Below, piece after piece: positions 22,587 through 31,822 of a DNA stretch of 64,000 bases. The stretch covers positions 96,001 through 160,000 of the forward strand of contig JBFPLN010000001.1 in assembly GCA_051971635.1 (NCBI GenBank). Reading direction: 5' to 3'. The stretch comes from Candidatus Atelocyanobacterium thalassae. Lineage in GTDB: Bacteria; Cyanobacteriota; Cyanobacteriia; Cyanobacteriales; Microcystaceae. The notes below the pieces were generated by a model. It saw only the letters and a list, made by a program, of their open reading frames with translations. It had not been told where the DNA came from and did not search any database. The translations under genes and the position numbers were made by a program. How positions within the stretch are numbered: position 1 is the first letter of the stretch; every line of letters begins with the position of its first letter.

Positions 22587-22949
22587 TTTTATTATCCAAA
22601 AACTTATTCTAACCTTAACATAAAAAAATATCTCTTTTAGACTTTTTTCAATCAACTTTTTTTATAAATATTATTTCACATAATATATGACTGATATATT
22701 TCTGGATAATAGCTTGATTAAAAATATTAAAATATATATCTTTACAAAATTATATATTTTATTAATTCGTACATTAGTAGATTATTTAAAGTCTAAAAGT
22801 TTTCATAGCATCTTTAATCAAAAAATAGTATTTAACAATATTCTAAAAATTAATGTAGATACTTTATATCAAAAAAGGATTATTGAAATAATCCTTTTTT
22901 GATATAGTAAGAATAAAACTTACTTCTTCTTTATTATTTTTCCTTTATA

Positions 22950-23417
22950 TTATGCTATGGTTTCAATTATTTTTTGCACTATCTCTATACCACTAACAGC
23001 CTGCCAAGCAAATAAAACAACAATACAAAGGTTCAAAACCATATGCGCGTGACGAGCTAAATTATTTCCTTTTTGCATGAATGGTACTAAAGAAGTAGAA
23101 ATTGCAATTAGACCAGTCATACTTAAACCAACTAGTAAATGGGGACTAAAAAATAATTTATCATTATTAATATAGGTTATAGCCATACCACCAAGATTAC
23201 CTAAAACTATAATAATTAAAAGCAATGCTCCTAATTGGTAATGTCTATTATTTTTTTTAATCAATTCTTTACTAGTACGTTGCCCAGATATACGAATATA
23301 TCGTAGCTGAAATCCTAAATATGAAATATAGGAAAGTAATAATAATGTACTTAACATTATTACAGGATGAATTAATTGTGACCAGAACTTAGTAAACTCT
23401 AATGTGTCAGTGACCAT
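22950..23417 (-). CDS. DUF4079 membrane protein (cytochrome b561-like His pattern)
   Basis: HPVIM, RHYQLG, SPHLLVG, ARHAHMVLN; four TM helices. Confidence 0.8.
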   Translation of the reverse strand: MVTDTLEFTKFWSQLIHPVIMLSTLLLLSYISYLGFQLRYIRISGQRTSKELIKKNNRHYQLGALLLIIIVLGNLGGMAITYINNDKLFFSPHLLVGLSMTGLIAISTSLVPFMQKGNNLARHAHMVLNLCIVVLFAWQAVSGIEIVQKIIETIA

Positions 23418-23488
23418 AATATTAATTAAAATTATCTAACAATAAATCCACATAGGTTAAGCTATCATATAATTCAATTAGAAAAAAA

Positions 23489-23743
23489 TTATTTTTCTAA
23501 ACGAACTACATACCATTGTAGATAAGTATGAGAACCTATTTCTAGATCACAAAAATTTTCCATTAAATATTTAGCCTGAGATTCCAAAGATTTCATGCTT
23601 TGTAATTCTCGAGGTAGATCATCTTGACGATTAGATAAAATATTTTTAAGTTTTTCTAATAACTCTTCATAGGTTAAAAATTCTTGTTTATTTGGTTCAA
23701 GAACAACAAAACCATCCTCTTTATACATAATTGAGTCTGACAT
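23489..23743 (-). CDS. Chlororespiratory reduction 7 (CRR7/DUF3571), NDH-1 assembly factor
   Basis: MSDSIMY.ED.FVVLEP...EFLT.EELLEKL...LQWYVVRLEK. Confidence 0.85.
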   Translation of the reverse strand: MSDSIMYKEDGFVVLEPNKQEFLTYEELLEKLKNILSNRQDDLPRELQSMKSLESQAKYLMENFCDLEIGSHTYLQWYVVRLEK

Positions 23744-23764
23744 AATATTTAAAAAATAGTTTAG

Positions 23765-24622
23765 TTATGGATATCTTTGAAATATAACAACTTTTTTACC
23801 TATTACGGGACTTCTCGCAAGGATTGTATTTTCTAAATTTTTAATAGTTAGCTTTAAAAAATTTAGTGTTTGTACATGTGCAAAAATTTCTTCGGCCCAA
23901 TCATCTTGTTCCTTGGCTGATAAGTTATACCATTCTGTGTTAACAAACAATATTAAGCAATTTTTAGGGAAATCAATTTCGATTTTATCTACAAGTGTTT
24001 CATAATGATTAGTCATTAAGTTATTTATCTTATTCTGAATACTAATAATAAGATTTTCTTCTGGCGTTAGTAATTGTGACACTAGGATGTGATCGCTTTT
24101 TTGATCAACAGTATCAGCTGAATTTGGACGAACAATGGCTTTTATAAATATTGACTCAATATATTGACCTTTGCTAAATGAAAATATTAATAAAGTAGAT
24201 ATTATAGTTATAACAGCTGAATATATGATTATTTTTTTGATAGAAACCAAAGAAATTTGAAAGTTAGCTAAAGTATTGAAGAAGGAATATTTGCCAGTAT
24301 TATTGATACCAATGCTTTTTTGAAATGCTGTGTTATTTTTAGTCTGATTTCCTATATTTTTACCATTAGTAGAGCAATTCATAATATAAGATTTTAATTC
24401 TTGTTCTATAATACTATTAATTACTTTTATATGATTAGCTAGAATATTAATTTTTTTTGCATGCAATGGAGAATTGATGTTATTACAACTGATGCTATTT
24501 ATATAGTGGTATACTTCTACAATAAACGAGTCTAATAGGTTTTCATTAATAAGATTATCTTCTAAACTATTAGTAATATTCATATATTTTAAATGTATTT
24601 CAGAGCTTTTTTTGTTTGACAT
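23765..24622 (-). CDS. Hypothetical single-TM cyanobacterial protein
   Basis: TM segment; C-terminal LTPEENLI..IQ, WYNLS..EQ, ARSPVIG pattern. Confidence 0.6.
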   Translation of the reverse strand: MSNKKSSEIHLKYMNITNSLEDNLINENLLDSFIVEVYHYINSISCNNINSPLHAKKINILANHIKVINSIIEQELKSYIMNCSTNGKNIGNQTKNNTAFQKSIGINNTGKYSFFNTLANFQISLVSIKKIIIYSAVITIISTLLIFSFSKGQYIESIFIKAIVRPNSADTVDQKSDHILVSQLLTPEENLIISIQNKINNLMTNHYETLVDKIEIDFPKNCLILFVNTEWYNLSAKEQDDWAEEIFAHVQTLNFLKLTIKNLENTILARSPVIGKKVVIFQRYP

Positions 24623-24846
24623 AACTCCATTTTTACGCGTCTCTAATTATTAGCTTATAATAAAAAAAATAGACAATAATACTCGCTAATAAAATATAGA
24701 TAATAAAACTAAAAATAAAATAGTTTGGAAACTTATTTATCAATTAGATCTTATTTTTGATATGATAACGCATAAAAATCTATGTAAAGATATTTCCTTA
24801 ATAAACTATTATAGTTTTGATCTAACCTTTAATCTTATCCATAAAA

Positions 24847-24876
24847 TTGATTTGATTTAGAAGAAAATGTTAATAT
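24847..24876 (+). promoter_or_regulatory. Putative sigma70 promoter of the divergent RRM gene
   Basis: TTGATT-18nt-TAATAT with extended -10 TG. Confidence 0.4.
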
Positions 24877-24917
24877 TGTCCAAAGAACGAGAATAAAAAT
24901 CATTAGCTTAGTTTGTC

Positions 24918-24979
24918 ATTAATATTGTATGATTTCATTCAAAATTAATATTGTATGATTTCATTCAAAATTAATATTG
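24918..24979. repeat. 26-bp perfect tandem repeat, about 2.4 copies
   Basis: ATTAATATTGTATGATTTCATTCAAA at 24918 and 24944, partial copy at 24970. Confidence 0.92.
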
Positions 24980-25036
24980 ACTAACTACTAACTAGATTTT
25001 ATCTCTTAAACACCTAGGATTAAGGAAAGCACTTCA

Positions 25037-25276
25037 ATGACAATTTATATGCGACAAATTCCTACTGGTATTACAGAGGCAGAAGTTACCGATGTTTTCA
25101 AAAAACATGGAGAAGTTAAACAAGTTCGTTTCCCTCTTGATCCAAAAACTGGAGAAAGAATAGGATATGCCCTAATAGATATGGGTGATAAAGAACAAGA
25201 AGAAGACACAATTGAAGAACTAAATGGAGAAGATTTGCAAGGAGTTAAACTTAGACTAAATAGAAATGTTGATTAA
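25037..25276 (+). CDS. Divergent RRM RNA-binding protein paralogue
   Basis: Colinear with neighbouring Rbp (TEAEVTDVFKKHGEVK, ELNG) but RNP2 IYMRQI and RNP1 IGYALIDM are altered; SD TAAGGA. Confidence 0.8.
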   Translation: MTIYMRQIPTGITEAEVTDVFKKHGEVKQVRFPLDPKTGERIGYALIDMGDKEQEEDTIEELNGEDLQGVKLRLNRNVD

Positions 25277-25350
25277 ACAAAATAAACTCAACAACTACTA
25301 TTTGTCTTGAATAATCAATTCATTAACTTCATTTAAACAATCTTTCTCTT

Positions 25351-25474
25351 AGGTTGTCATAAGAATTAGCTTAACTAGGTTTTGGTACTAACGAACATAC
25401 TCATTAGTTACCATTAAGCATTTCCATAGCTTCGTACTTGGTTATCATCAATTGTTATTGACAACCTTTTTTTT
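25351..25474 (+). ncRNA. Candidate structured RNA element (branched stem ending in U8)
   Basis: AGGTTGTCA/TGACAACCT closing stem, inner TAACTAGGT/ACTTGGTTA stem, two internal hairpins, poly-T; hand-folded only. Confidence 0.4.
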
Positions 25475-25807
25475 CATGCAGATACAAATTACTTAATTAA
25501 TATTTTTACAAATATTAATTAACAATGAAAGATAAGAAATGATGTTTTACAGACAGTAAAGATATTTATAGTATTTCCCATAGTTATTTTATATATACTA
25601 ATTTTAAGTATATTAAACAATCTATCTAAGTATATTTAAGCAATAGCAAGTAATGAATACTACTTATCTTAAAAGATAATAAATTATTTATTATCTTTGT
25701 AGTATCGAGTAAACAACCTATAAACGTCATATTATTGATTGTTGATATAAAGTTATAGTTTTATTTATAAATTGCTGAAAATTTGTTTGTTCGTTACTTT
25801 TAGAAAA

Positions 25808-25837
25808 TTGCTCTTGCTTAAAATAAAGTGTTAAGAT
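25808..25837 (+). promoter_or_regulatory. Putative promoter of rbp
   Basis: TTGCTC-18nt-TAAGAT with extended -10 TG. Confidence 0.45.
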
Positions 25838-25862
25838 AACCCATGATAATTGAGGGTGAGGA

Positions 25863-25977
25863 TCGGTAGTCAAGTTTGTTGTCAGTATCGAATAGGTGTT
25901 TGTCCGAAGTTAATATTGGCCAACTACTCTCCGAAGTTTTATCTCTCTGCAATTCTAAGATTAAGGAGAATATCCCC
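25863..25977 (+). promoter_or_regulatory. Conserved rbp 5'UTR boxes
   Basis: TCGGTAGT (25863), TTTGTTGTCAGT (25875), TCTCCGAA (25928), GGAGA RBS (25965); same boxes recur before the rbp at 51991. Confidence 0.75.
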
Positions 25978-26223
25978 ATGTCAATTTATATTGGCAACCT
26001 TTCCTTCAAGACAACAGAAGCAGATATTACTAATGTCTTTAAAGAGCATGGTGAAGTTAAAAGAGTTTATCTTCCTTCTGATCAAGAGACTGGAAAAATG
26101 CGAGGTTTCGGTTTTGTAGAAATGGAGACAGAAGACCAAGAAACTACTGCGATTGACGAGCTGAACGGAGCAGAATGGATGGGGAGAACACTAAAAGTTA
26201 ATAAAGCGAAACCCCGTGAATAG
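25978..26223 (+). CDS. rbp: RRM RNA-binding protein (Rbp family, no Gly-rich tail); true start ATG 25978
   Basis: MSIYIGNL (RNP2), RGFGFVEM (RNP1), GAEWMGRTLKVNKAKPRE; SD AGGAG. Confidence 0.95.
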   Translation: MSIYIGNLSFKTTEADITNVFKEHGEVKRVYLPSDQETGKMRGFGFVEMETEDQETTAIDELNGAEWMGRTLKVNKAKPRE

Positions 26224-26341
26224 ACTTCTAGATATTAACTTAACAAAATCAATTAAAATTATAGACTCTAATTGATTACTCTAGAAGTTTTTTGTTTATT
26301 TCTATTGAAAAATTGTTTATTATTTACATCGAGGATACATT

Positions 26342-26509
26342 ATGGCTAAACGTCGAAACTTAAAAAAAGAAAAAGCTGAAAGAAATCAAGCATATGCTCG
26401 TCAATTCCGTCAAAAAACTTCCCGTTCTTTTTCCCGAGGAAGATCTTACTCTAACAATCGTAGCGATCAAGAAGATACAAATGCTGATGATACTAACGAC
26501 AATAACTAA
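26342..26509 (+). CDS. Small 55-aa protein, basic N-half and acidic tail (not in ORF track)
   Basis: MAKRRNLKKEKAERNQAYARQFRQKTSRSFSRGRSYSNNRSDQEDTNADDTNDNN*; GAGGA SD at 26331; CGT/GCT codons as in ribosomal genes; hairpin downstream. Confidence 0.75.
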   Translation: MAKRRNLKKEKAERNQAYARQFRQKTSRSFSRGRSYSNNRSDQEDTNADDTNDNN

Positions 26510-26536
26510 AAATACTTGTTTTTAAGTAATATACGG

Positions 26537-26582
26537 AAAATGGGAATTTTAATATTCCCTTTTTTAATATCCCATTTTTTTT
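26537..26582. terminator. Putative bidirectional terminator between small ORF and murJ
   Basis: AAAATGGGA...TCCCATTTT with T-run. Confidence 0.45.
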
Positions 26583-26592
26583 AATTTTATTG

Positions 26593-28248
26593 CTATCGTT
26601 GTAACTTCCTCTTTAACTGATTGCTTAAAAGTTGAACTTCAGGTAGTTTTAGCTGCATAGATAATATAAAAAATATTCCTAAGATAGTACTAATAGAAAT
26701 AAATAATTGTAGATATTGTAATCCTAAATTATTACTAATATATATATATTGGAATAAGTGATCTACTATCCAACCGACCAAAGCCGCTATGAAAGATATT
26801 CCTATAAGACTTAATATACTTATACTCCATTCCTTAATTGGTAGTCTCTGTAAACGATTATTTAGAATTACTAGAAATATTAATATAGAAATTAAATTAA
26901 CTAGAATAGTTGCAAATACTAATCCAGATGTTCCAAAAGACTGATATAAGAAAAAATCTAATAAACCATTTAGAAATATATTAAACAGGCTAACGCGAAA
27001 AGGTGTTTCACCATCACCTAATGCGTAAAAAACTCTAACTAAAACATCCCTTACTAAATAAAAAAGCATTCCTGTTCCATAAGCAATCAAAACTGGAGTT
27101 ACTATAATTACATCGTTTACTTCAAACGCACCACGTTGATAGATTATGCGAATAATTTTAGGAGCAAGAGCAACAAAAACTGCTGTTAAAGGCAACATGG
27201 TTAAAGCGCTTAGAAATATACCTTGACGAATTCTTAACTTTAGCTCGTTCCAATTCTCTGGCATAGTTAATTGTGAAAAGATAGGCATAAATGGAACTAA
27301 AATCATATTAGAAATTATTCCCAAAGGAGTTAAAACGATAAAATTAGCATATCTCATTGCCGCTGCTGCATCAGGAATAAATGATGCAAAAAATAAGTCA
27401 GTATAAACATTAATATGTAACATACCCGAAGCAAAAGTAGCGGGTATCATTATTTTTGTTATATCTTTTAGTCCAGGTATATTGAATTGAAAGCGCAGTT
27501 TTATCCCACCTATCCCGCTTCTCCATTGAGCTTGAAGCTGAGCTAACCACTGGAATAAGCCACCAATCAAAGTTCCTCCTGCTAAAACCATACCTCCTAG
27601 ATACCAATTATCTTGTTCATTGATATCTTGACCTGTATGCCAAATTAAAGCCCATACTCCAAGAGATATAACTACACTTGAAAATAAGGGACTAATACTA
27701 GGCAATAGATACTGATTAGAAGCATTAAGAGTCCCAAAGCCTATACCAATTAGCCCTGATAGTAGTGCTAATGGTGCCATAATTTGTAACTGCTCGATAG
27801 CGATTAATTTCGTCTCTTCTCCAAGTCCAGGAGCTAGAATTGAAATAAATGTATCGGCAAATAAAATAAGGATAATAGTAATTACTAATAAAAATATAGT
27901 TACTAATGTGGTAACTGACTCAACTAGAGGTGCTATTTCAGTTTTTTTTCGCTTAGATAAAACACTAATCAGGGAACTATGGAATGGCCCGTTAATTCCT
28001 CCTAATAAAATCAGGAAAAAACCAGGAATAACATACGCATATGAGTAAGCATTGATGACTGGCCCCACACCAAATGCTGCTGCAATTGATTGTTCTCGAA
28101 TCAATCCAAATAATTTACTTATTAAAGTTGCAAATGCTACTATTCCAGCTACATCAATTAAAGAACGAGATTTTTTTTTATTTAGTGACACAAAGCTTCT
28201 CATAAAAAAACTAGTCACCATTATTAAAGATTTTGTTATAGTAAGCAA
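26593..28248 (-). CDS. murJ: Lipid II flippase MurJ (MviN); start may be further downstream
   Basis: ATLISKLFGLIRE..IAAAFG, LLGGINGPFHS, YQRGAF, RVFYALGD..TPF. Confidence 0.93.
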   Translation of the reverse strand: MLTITKSLIMVTSFFMRSFVSLNKKKSRSLIDVAGIVAFATLISKLFGLIREQSIAAAFGVGPVINAYSYAYVIPGFFLILLGGINGPFHSSLISVLSKRKKTEIAPLVESVTTLVTIFLLVITIILILFADTFISILAPGLGEETKLIAIEQLQIMAPLALLSGLIGIGFGTLNASNQYLLPSISPLFSSVVISLGVWALIWHTGQDINEQDNWYLGGMVLAGGTLIGGLFQWLAQLQAQWRSGIGGIKLRFQFNIPGLKDITKIMIPATFASGMLHINVYTDLFFASFIPDAAAAMRYANFIVLTPLGIISNMILVPFMPIFSQLTMPENWNELKLRIRQGIFLSALTMLPLTAVFVALAPKIIRIIYQRGAFEVNDVIIVTPVLIAYGTGMLFYLVRDVLVRVFYALGDGETPFRVSLFNIFLNGLLDFFLYQSFGTSGLVFATILVNLISILIFLVILNNRLQRLPIKEWSISILSLIGISFIAALVGWIVDHLFQYIYISNNLGLQYLQLFISISTILGIFFILSMQLKLPEVQLLSNQLKRKLQR

Positions 28249-28480
28249 GATTTCAGCATGTCAAGGTCTTACATTTTGTAATCAATAGCCATTCTAAAAA
28301 TCTTTAAGTTAATATAAAATAACTTAAAGGTGATAGTTTTTTTATTCCAAAAGCTTACTTAGTAAATTCAATACTAGTACAACATATAGATATTGACTTA
28401 TAGACTTGATTTTTTTTGCATGAAATATGAAATAAGGTTTTTTTGTTTTTCTAATATGAAATTAAATTTACATAAGCAAT

Positions 28481-29800
28481 TCAATTATTATTATATTTTT
28501 GTTTTCCCAAGAGATATCTAGTTTCAGCAGCAGCTTTTTTCATAGCCACTTCTGGAGTTAATTGATTAGTAACTGCAGCACTTAGATAACGCTGTAAAAT
28601 ATCGGAAGCTTGTGCATATTGAGGAATAGGTGGACGCAGAATCGAGTTTTCTATTACATTTAATAACTCGGGATAATAGGAAAACTTAGCTAATATTTTA
28701 GGGTCATTAAATAAGGAACGGCGACTAGGAACATATCCAGTTGCTAAAATAAATTTACGTTGTACTTCTTCGCTGCTAAAAAATTTGATTACTTCCCACG
28801 CTGCATCAGGATGTTGACTATTCTTTGTAATACCTAATCCCCAGCCTCCTAAACAAGAACCACTAAGATAATTATTAGCGTGTACCATAGGCTTAATCTT
28901 AAATTTTCCTGCGATGGGGGAACTATTGTCAGACAATAATCCAAAAGCATAAGGCCAATTACGCATAAAAACAGCATTTCCAGTTTGGAAAAGGCGTCTC
29001 ACCTCCTCTTCGGCATAAGTAGTTACTCCCATTGGAGAGATTTTATTATCTAATGTGCTGCGTAGAAAATTAACTGCCTCAATAGCTTTTGGATTATCCA
29101 AACCAACTTCTAATGTATAAGGATTGATCCAAAATGCACCGTATCCATTTAAGATCTCCATGAACATTGCAGATAATCCTTCATATTGCTTGCCAGTCCA
29201 TAAATAACCCCATTCAGTTAACTTTTTCTCTTGTAGAACACGAGATATATTTATTAGCTCTTCAAAAGTATCTGGGGGTTTATATCCAGTCTTTTCTAAC
29301 AAGTCGCTACGGTAATAGAGAATTCCTCCATCAGAGCGTATAGGAATACGATATAGTTCGCCCTGATATATCCCACCGTTAATATCTCCTTCTAAAAAGG
29401 CTGCTAAGTCTACTTTTGATAGCCTATCTGATAAACTTCTCAACCACCCTGCGGCAGCAAATTTAGATACCCATACAATATCCATAAATACTAGATCATA
29501 GGGAGAATTTCCTAATAAAAAAGAAGAAGTATATAAATCTTCAACTTGGTTAGTGGCATTAGGACCCTCAATAATTTCTAGTTCTATATGAGAATGTTGA
29601 TAGTTAAATTCTTCTACAAAAGGTTCCCATTGAGTTGCTTCTAATGCTTGCATCATTAACGTAACTTTTATAGGCTCAGCAGAAGAACTTGAGGTGATAG
29701 ATATAAAAGTTAAGAATAAACAAAAAATTACCAACACTAAAAAACGAGTAATAAAAAAAAAATTAGCTGATAATAATTTGATTAACTGGTTAACTTTCAT
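28481..29800 (-). CDS. Sugar ABC transporter substrate-binding protein (family 1)
   Basis: DLVFMDIVWVSKFAAAGWL, LYYRSDLL, GKQYEGL, FMRNWPY, LGGWGLGI. Confidence 0.88.
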   Translation of the reverse strand: MKVNQLIKLLSANFFFITRFLVLVIFCLFLTFISITSSSSAEPIKVTLMMQALEATQWEPFVEEFNYQHSHIELEIIEGPNATNQVEDLYTSSFLLGNSPYDLVFMDIVWVSKFAAAGWLRSLSDRLSKVDLAAFLEGDINGGIYQGELYRIPIRSDGGILYYRSDLLEKTGYKPPDTFEELINISRVLQEKKLTEWGYLWTGKQYEGLSAMFMEILNGYGAFWINPYTLEVGLDNPKAIEAVNFLRSTLDNKISPMGVTTYAEEEVRRLFQTGNAVFMRNWPYAFGLLSDNSSPIAGKFKIKPMVHANNYLSGSCLGGWGLGITKNSQHPDAAWEVIKFFSSEEVQRKFILATGYVPSRRSLFNDPKILAKFSYYPELLNVIENSILRPPIPQYAQASDILQRYLSAAVTNQLTPEVAMKKAAAETRYLLGKQKYNNN

Positions 29801-29893
29801 AATAGTCTCTATAAATATATTTATGTTTTTATCTCTGAAATGAAAAACAGCTATTAATAATAAAAATAGAAAAAGGTGAGTAATTTGCTTAAC

Positions 29894-30139
29894 TTAATAA
29901 CTTTCAGTTTTTTTTAAAATTTCTACTTCGCCATTACAAACATGAGCTTTAAACTTTTCACTAAATTTAACTAATAAAGGTAAACTAGCACTGAGTGGCC
30001 TACCTTCCCAATTATTAATAATATTAATAATTTCTCCCTCCATCCCTTTTAATTGAAATGGTTGTTGCTTATGTTCTGGATGATGATAAACAATAACAGA
30101 TTCTATTATACGAATGCGATCTCCAATCTTCATACTCAT
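29894..30139 (-). CDS. ftrV: Ferredoxin-thioredoxin reductase variable chain
   Basis: MKIGDRIRI.ESVIVYHHPEH..QPF.LKGMEGEI...WEGRPLSASLP..VKF..KFKAH. Confidence 0.9.
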   Translation of the reverse strand: MSMKIGDRIRIIESVIVYHHPEHKQQPFQLKGMEGEIINIINNWEGRPLSASLPLLVKFSEKFKAHVCNGEVEILKKTESY

Positions 30140-30779
30140 CAGTTATTAAAAGTTTTCTCAATAAGAAGTTAACGATCATACTATCTTTACATAAAGTGTC
30201 ACCAGATCATAATAATTTAAAAATTTTCTTGTCTTTAAAATATTCCTTAATTACCAAAAATTAGGTATATGTACTACGACATGAGTTGATAAGATTCTTA
30301 ATCTTAATAGATAAAAATACTCTTTATTCAATAGATACACTAGTAAATAATATTTATGCCTATATTTACAGAAGTTAGGAATTAGTGTTGCTCTTTAAGT
30401 ATAATTTTTCAGAATAAATAATTATGTTATTTGATTCATTAAACAACAAACTATTTAATATCACAAATTGTCTTGGGGAATATTTATTAAAAATTTCCTA
30501 CTACAAATTAATTTATTATAATTTTAATATTTATATATAATAATTACTCTACGAAATAAAGAGAAATCAAAGTAAAAATAATGTTTACAGCATAATTTTT
30601 TTGTAATACATCTCATAATATTTTGTTTTTTGTTTATACGTTTTAATTTAAAATTTATAAAATATATATTATTTGCAAACCGTTAGAAATTATGAAATGA
30701 TTTACGAATATGCCAAATAAAGAAAAATGCCATATTTATTGGTAACCTATAAGCTACTGTATCTAAATTTAATGATGTT

Positions 30780-31256
30780 ATGGAAGAATCTATAGAAGAT
30801 CTATCTGAAAATAGTAAATATAAGACTCAATATACTATTCAAGAAATACAAGAGCTCCTCCCCCATCGGTATCCCTTCTCGTTAGTTGATCGTATTATCG
30901 ACTATGTACCTGCAAAAAAAGCAGTCGGAATTAAAAATGTAACTATTAATGAGCCTTTCTTTGCTGGCCATATTCCAAGTCTTCCAATAATGCCAGGAGT
31001 ACTAATTCTAGAGTCTATCGCTCAAGTTGGAGGAGTTATCCTAACTCTGTTGCCAGGAATGAAAGGAGTATTTTTTGCTTTTGCAGGTATTGATAAAGTT
31101 CGTTTTCGCCGCCCTGTTATTCCTGGAGATCAACTAATTATTACAGTTGAATTATTAACTTTAAAAAGAAACAGAATTGCAAAAATGAAAGGCGAAGGTA
31201 CGGTAAATGGGGAATTAGCAGTTCAAGGAGAAATGTTGTTTTCTCGTATTGATTAA
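30780..31256 (+). CDS. fabZ: 3-hydroxyacyl-ACP dehydratase FabZ
   Basis: [35 protein letters not shown]. Confidence 0.96.
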   Translation: MEESIEDLSENSKYKTQYTIQEIQELLPHRYPFSLVDRIIDYVPAKKAVGIKNVTINEPFFAGHIPSLPIMPGVLILESIAQVGGVILTLLPGMKGVFFAFAGIDKVRFRRPVIPGDQLIITVELLTLKRNRIAKMKGEGTVNGELAVQGEMLFSRID

Positions 31257-31728
31257 CAATTTTTCCCGAGAGATATAATGATTTATTATTAAATAATAAG
31301 AATGAACTTAAATCTTTAAATAATAACTATTTCAAAATTATAAATTATTTGTAATAACATGGTTTTAGCAGGAATATGCTTATAAAGTTAGTATCTTTGA
31401 CAAAATAGATTGATTAAAGAAATTTTATATTCAATTCTATATATTTTAATCTTTATTTTTTCTATTAACTATAGTATTAAGTACTGAACATTTTATACAA
31501 AAGAATTTAGGTACTTTTTCTATACTTATATGGATTAAGCTAAACTTAGAAACTTTTTATTATTACGATCAAATAATCAAAAGTTTTTTTGTTATAATAC
31601 ATACTAGTTAATATGTTGATAGACCTTGTCCTGAGAAATTTATTGGCTAAAAAAAGTATAATAAATATCTTTTAGAATTCTTCAACAAGTAAATATAATA
31701 TTTATTAATAAGCAATGGATATTTATTC

Positions 31729-31762
31729 AACAACTACTTGAGGAGACCCTAAAGTAGTTGTT
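31729..31762 (-). terminator. Hairpin downstream of SemiSWEET
   Basis: AACAACTACTT...AAGTAGTTGTT 11-bp stem. Confidence 0.55.
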
Positions 31763-31822
31763 AAACTTAAAAGTTACTGCAGCATTTTCCTTAAGTTACT
31801 TTTAGGAAAACAATCTTTTTAA

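Noticed and set aside
22687..22902. 71-aa ORF
   Set aside because: Ile/Lys/Asn low-complexity read-through of AT-rich spacer with no motif or SD
24918..24979. Possible mini-CRISPR
   Set aside because: Units are directly adjacent with no spacers, and there are no cas genes
25850..26119. 89-aa ORF and the 34-codon N-terminal extension of rbp from 25876
   Set aside because: They overlap the conserved 5'UTR boxes; the SD and family consensus place the start at 25978
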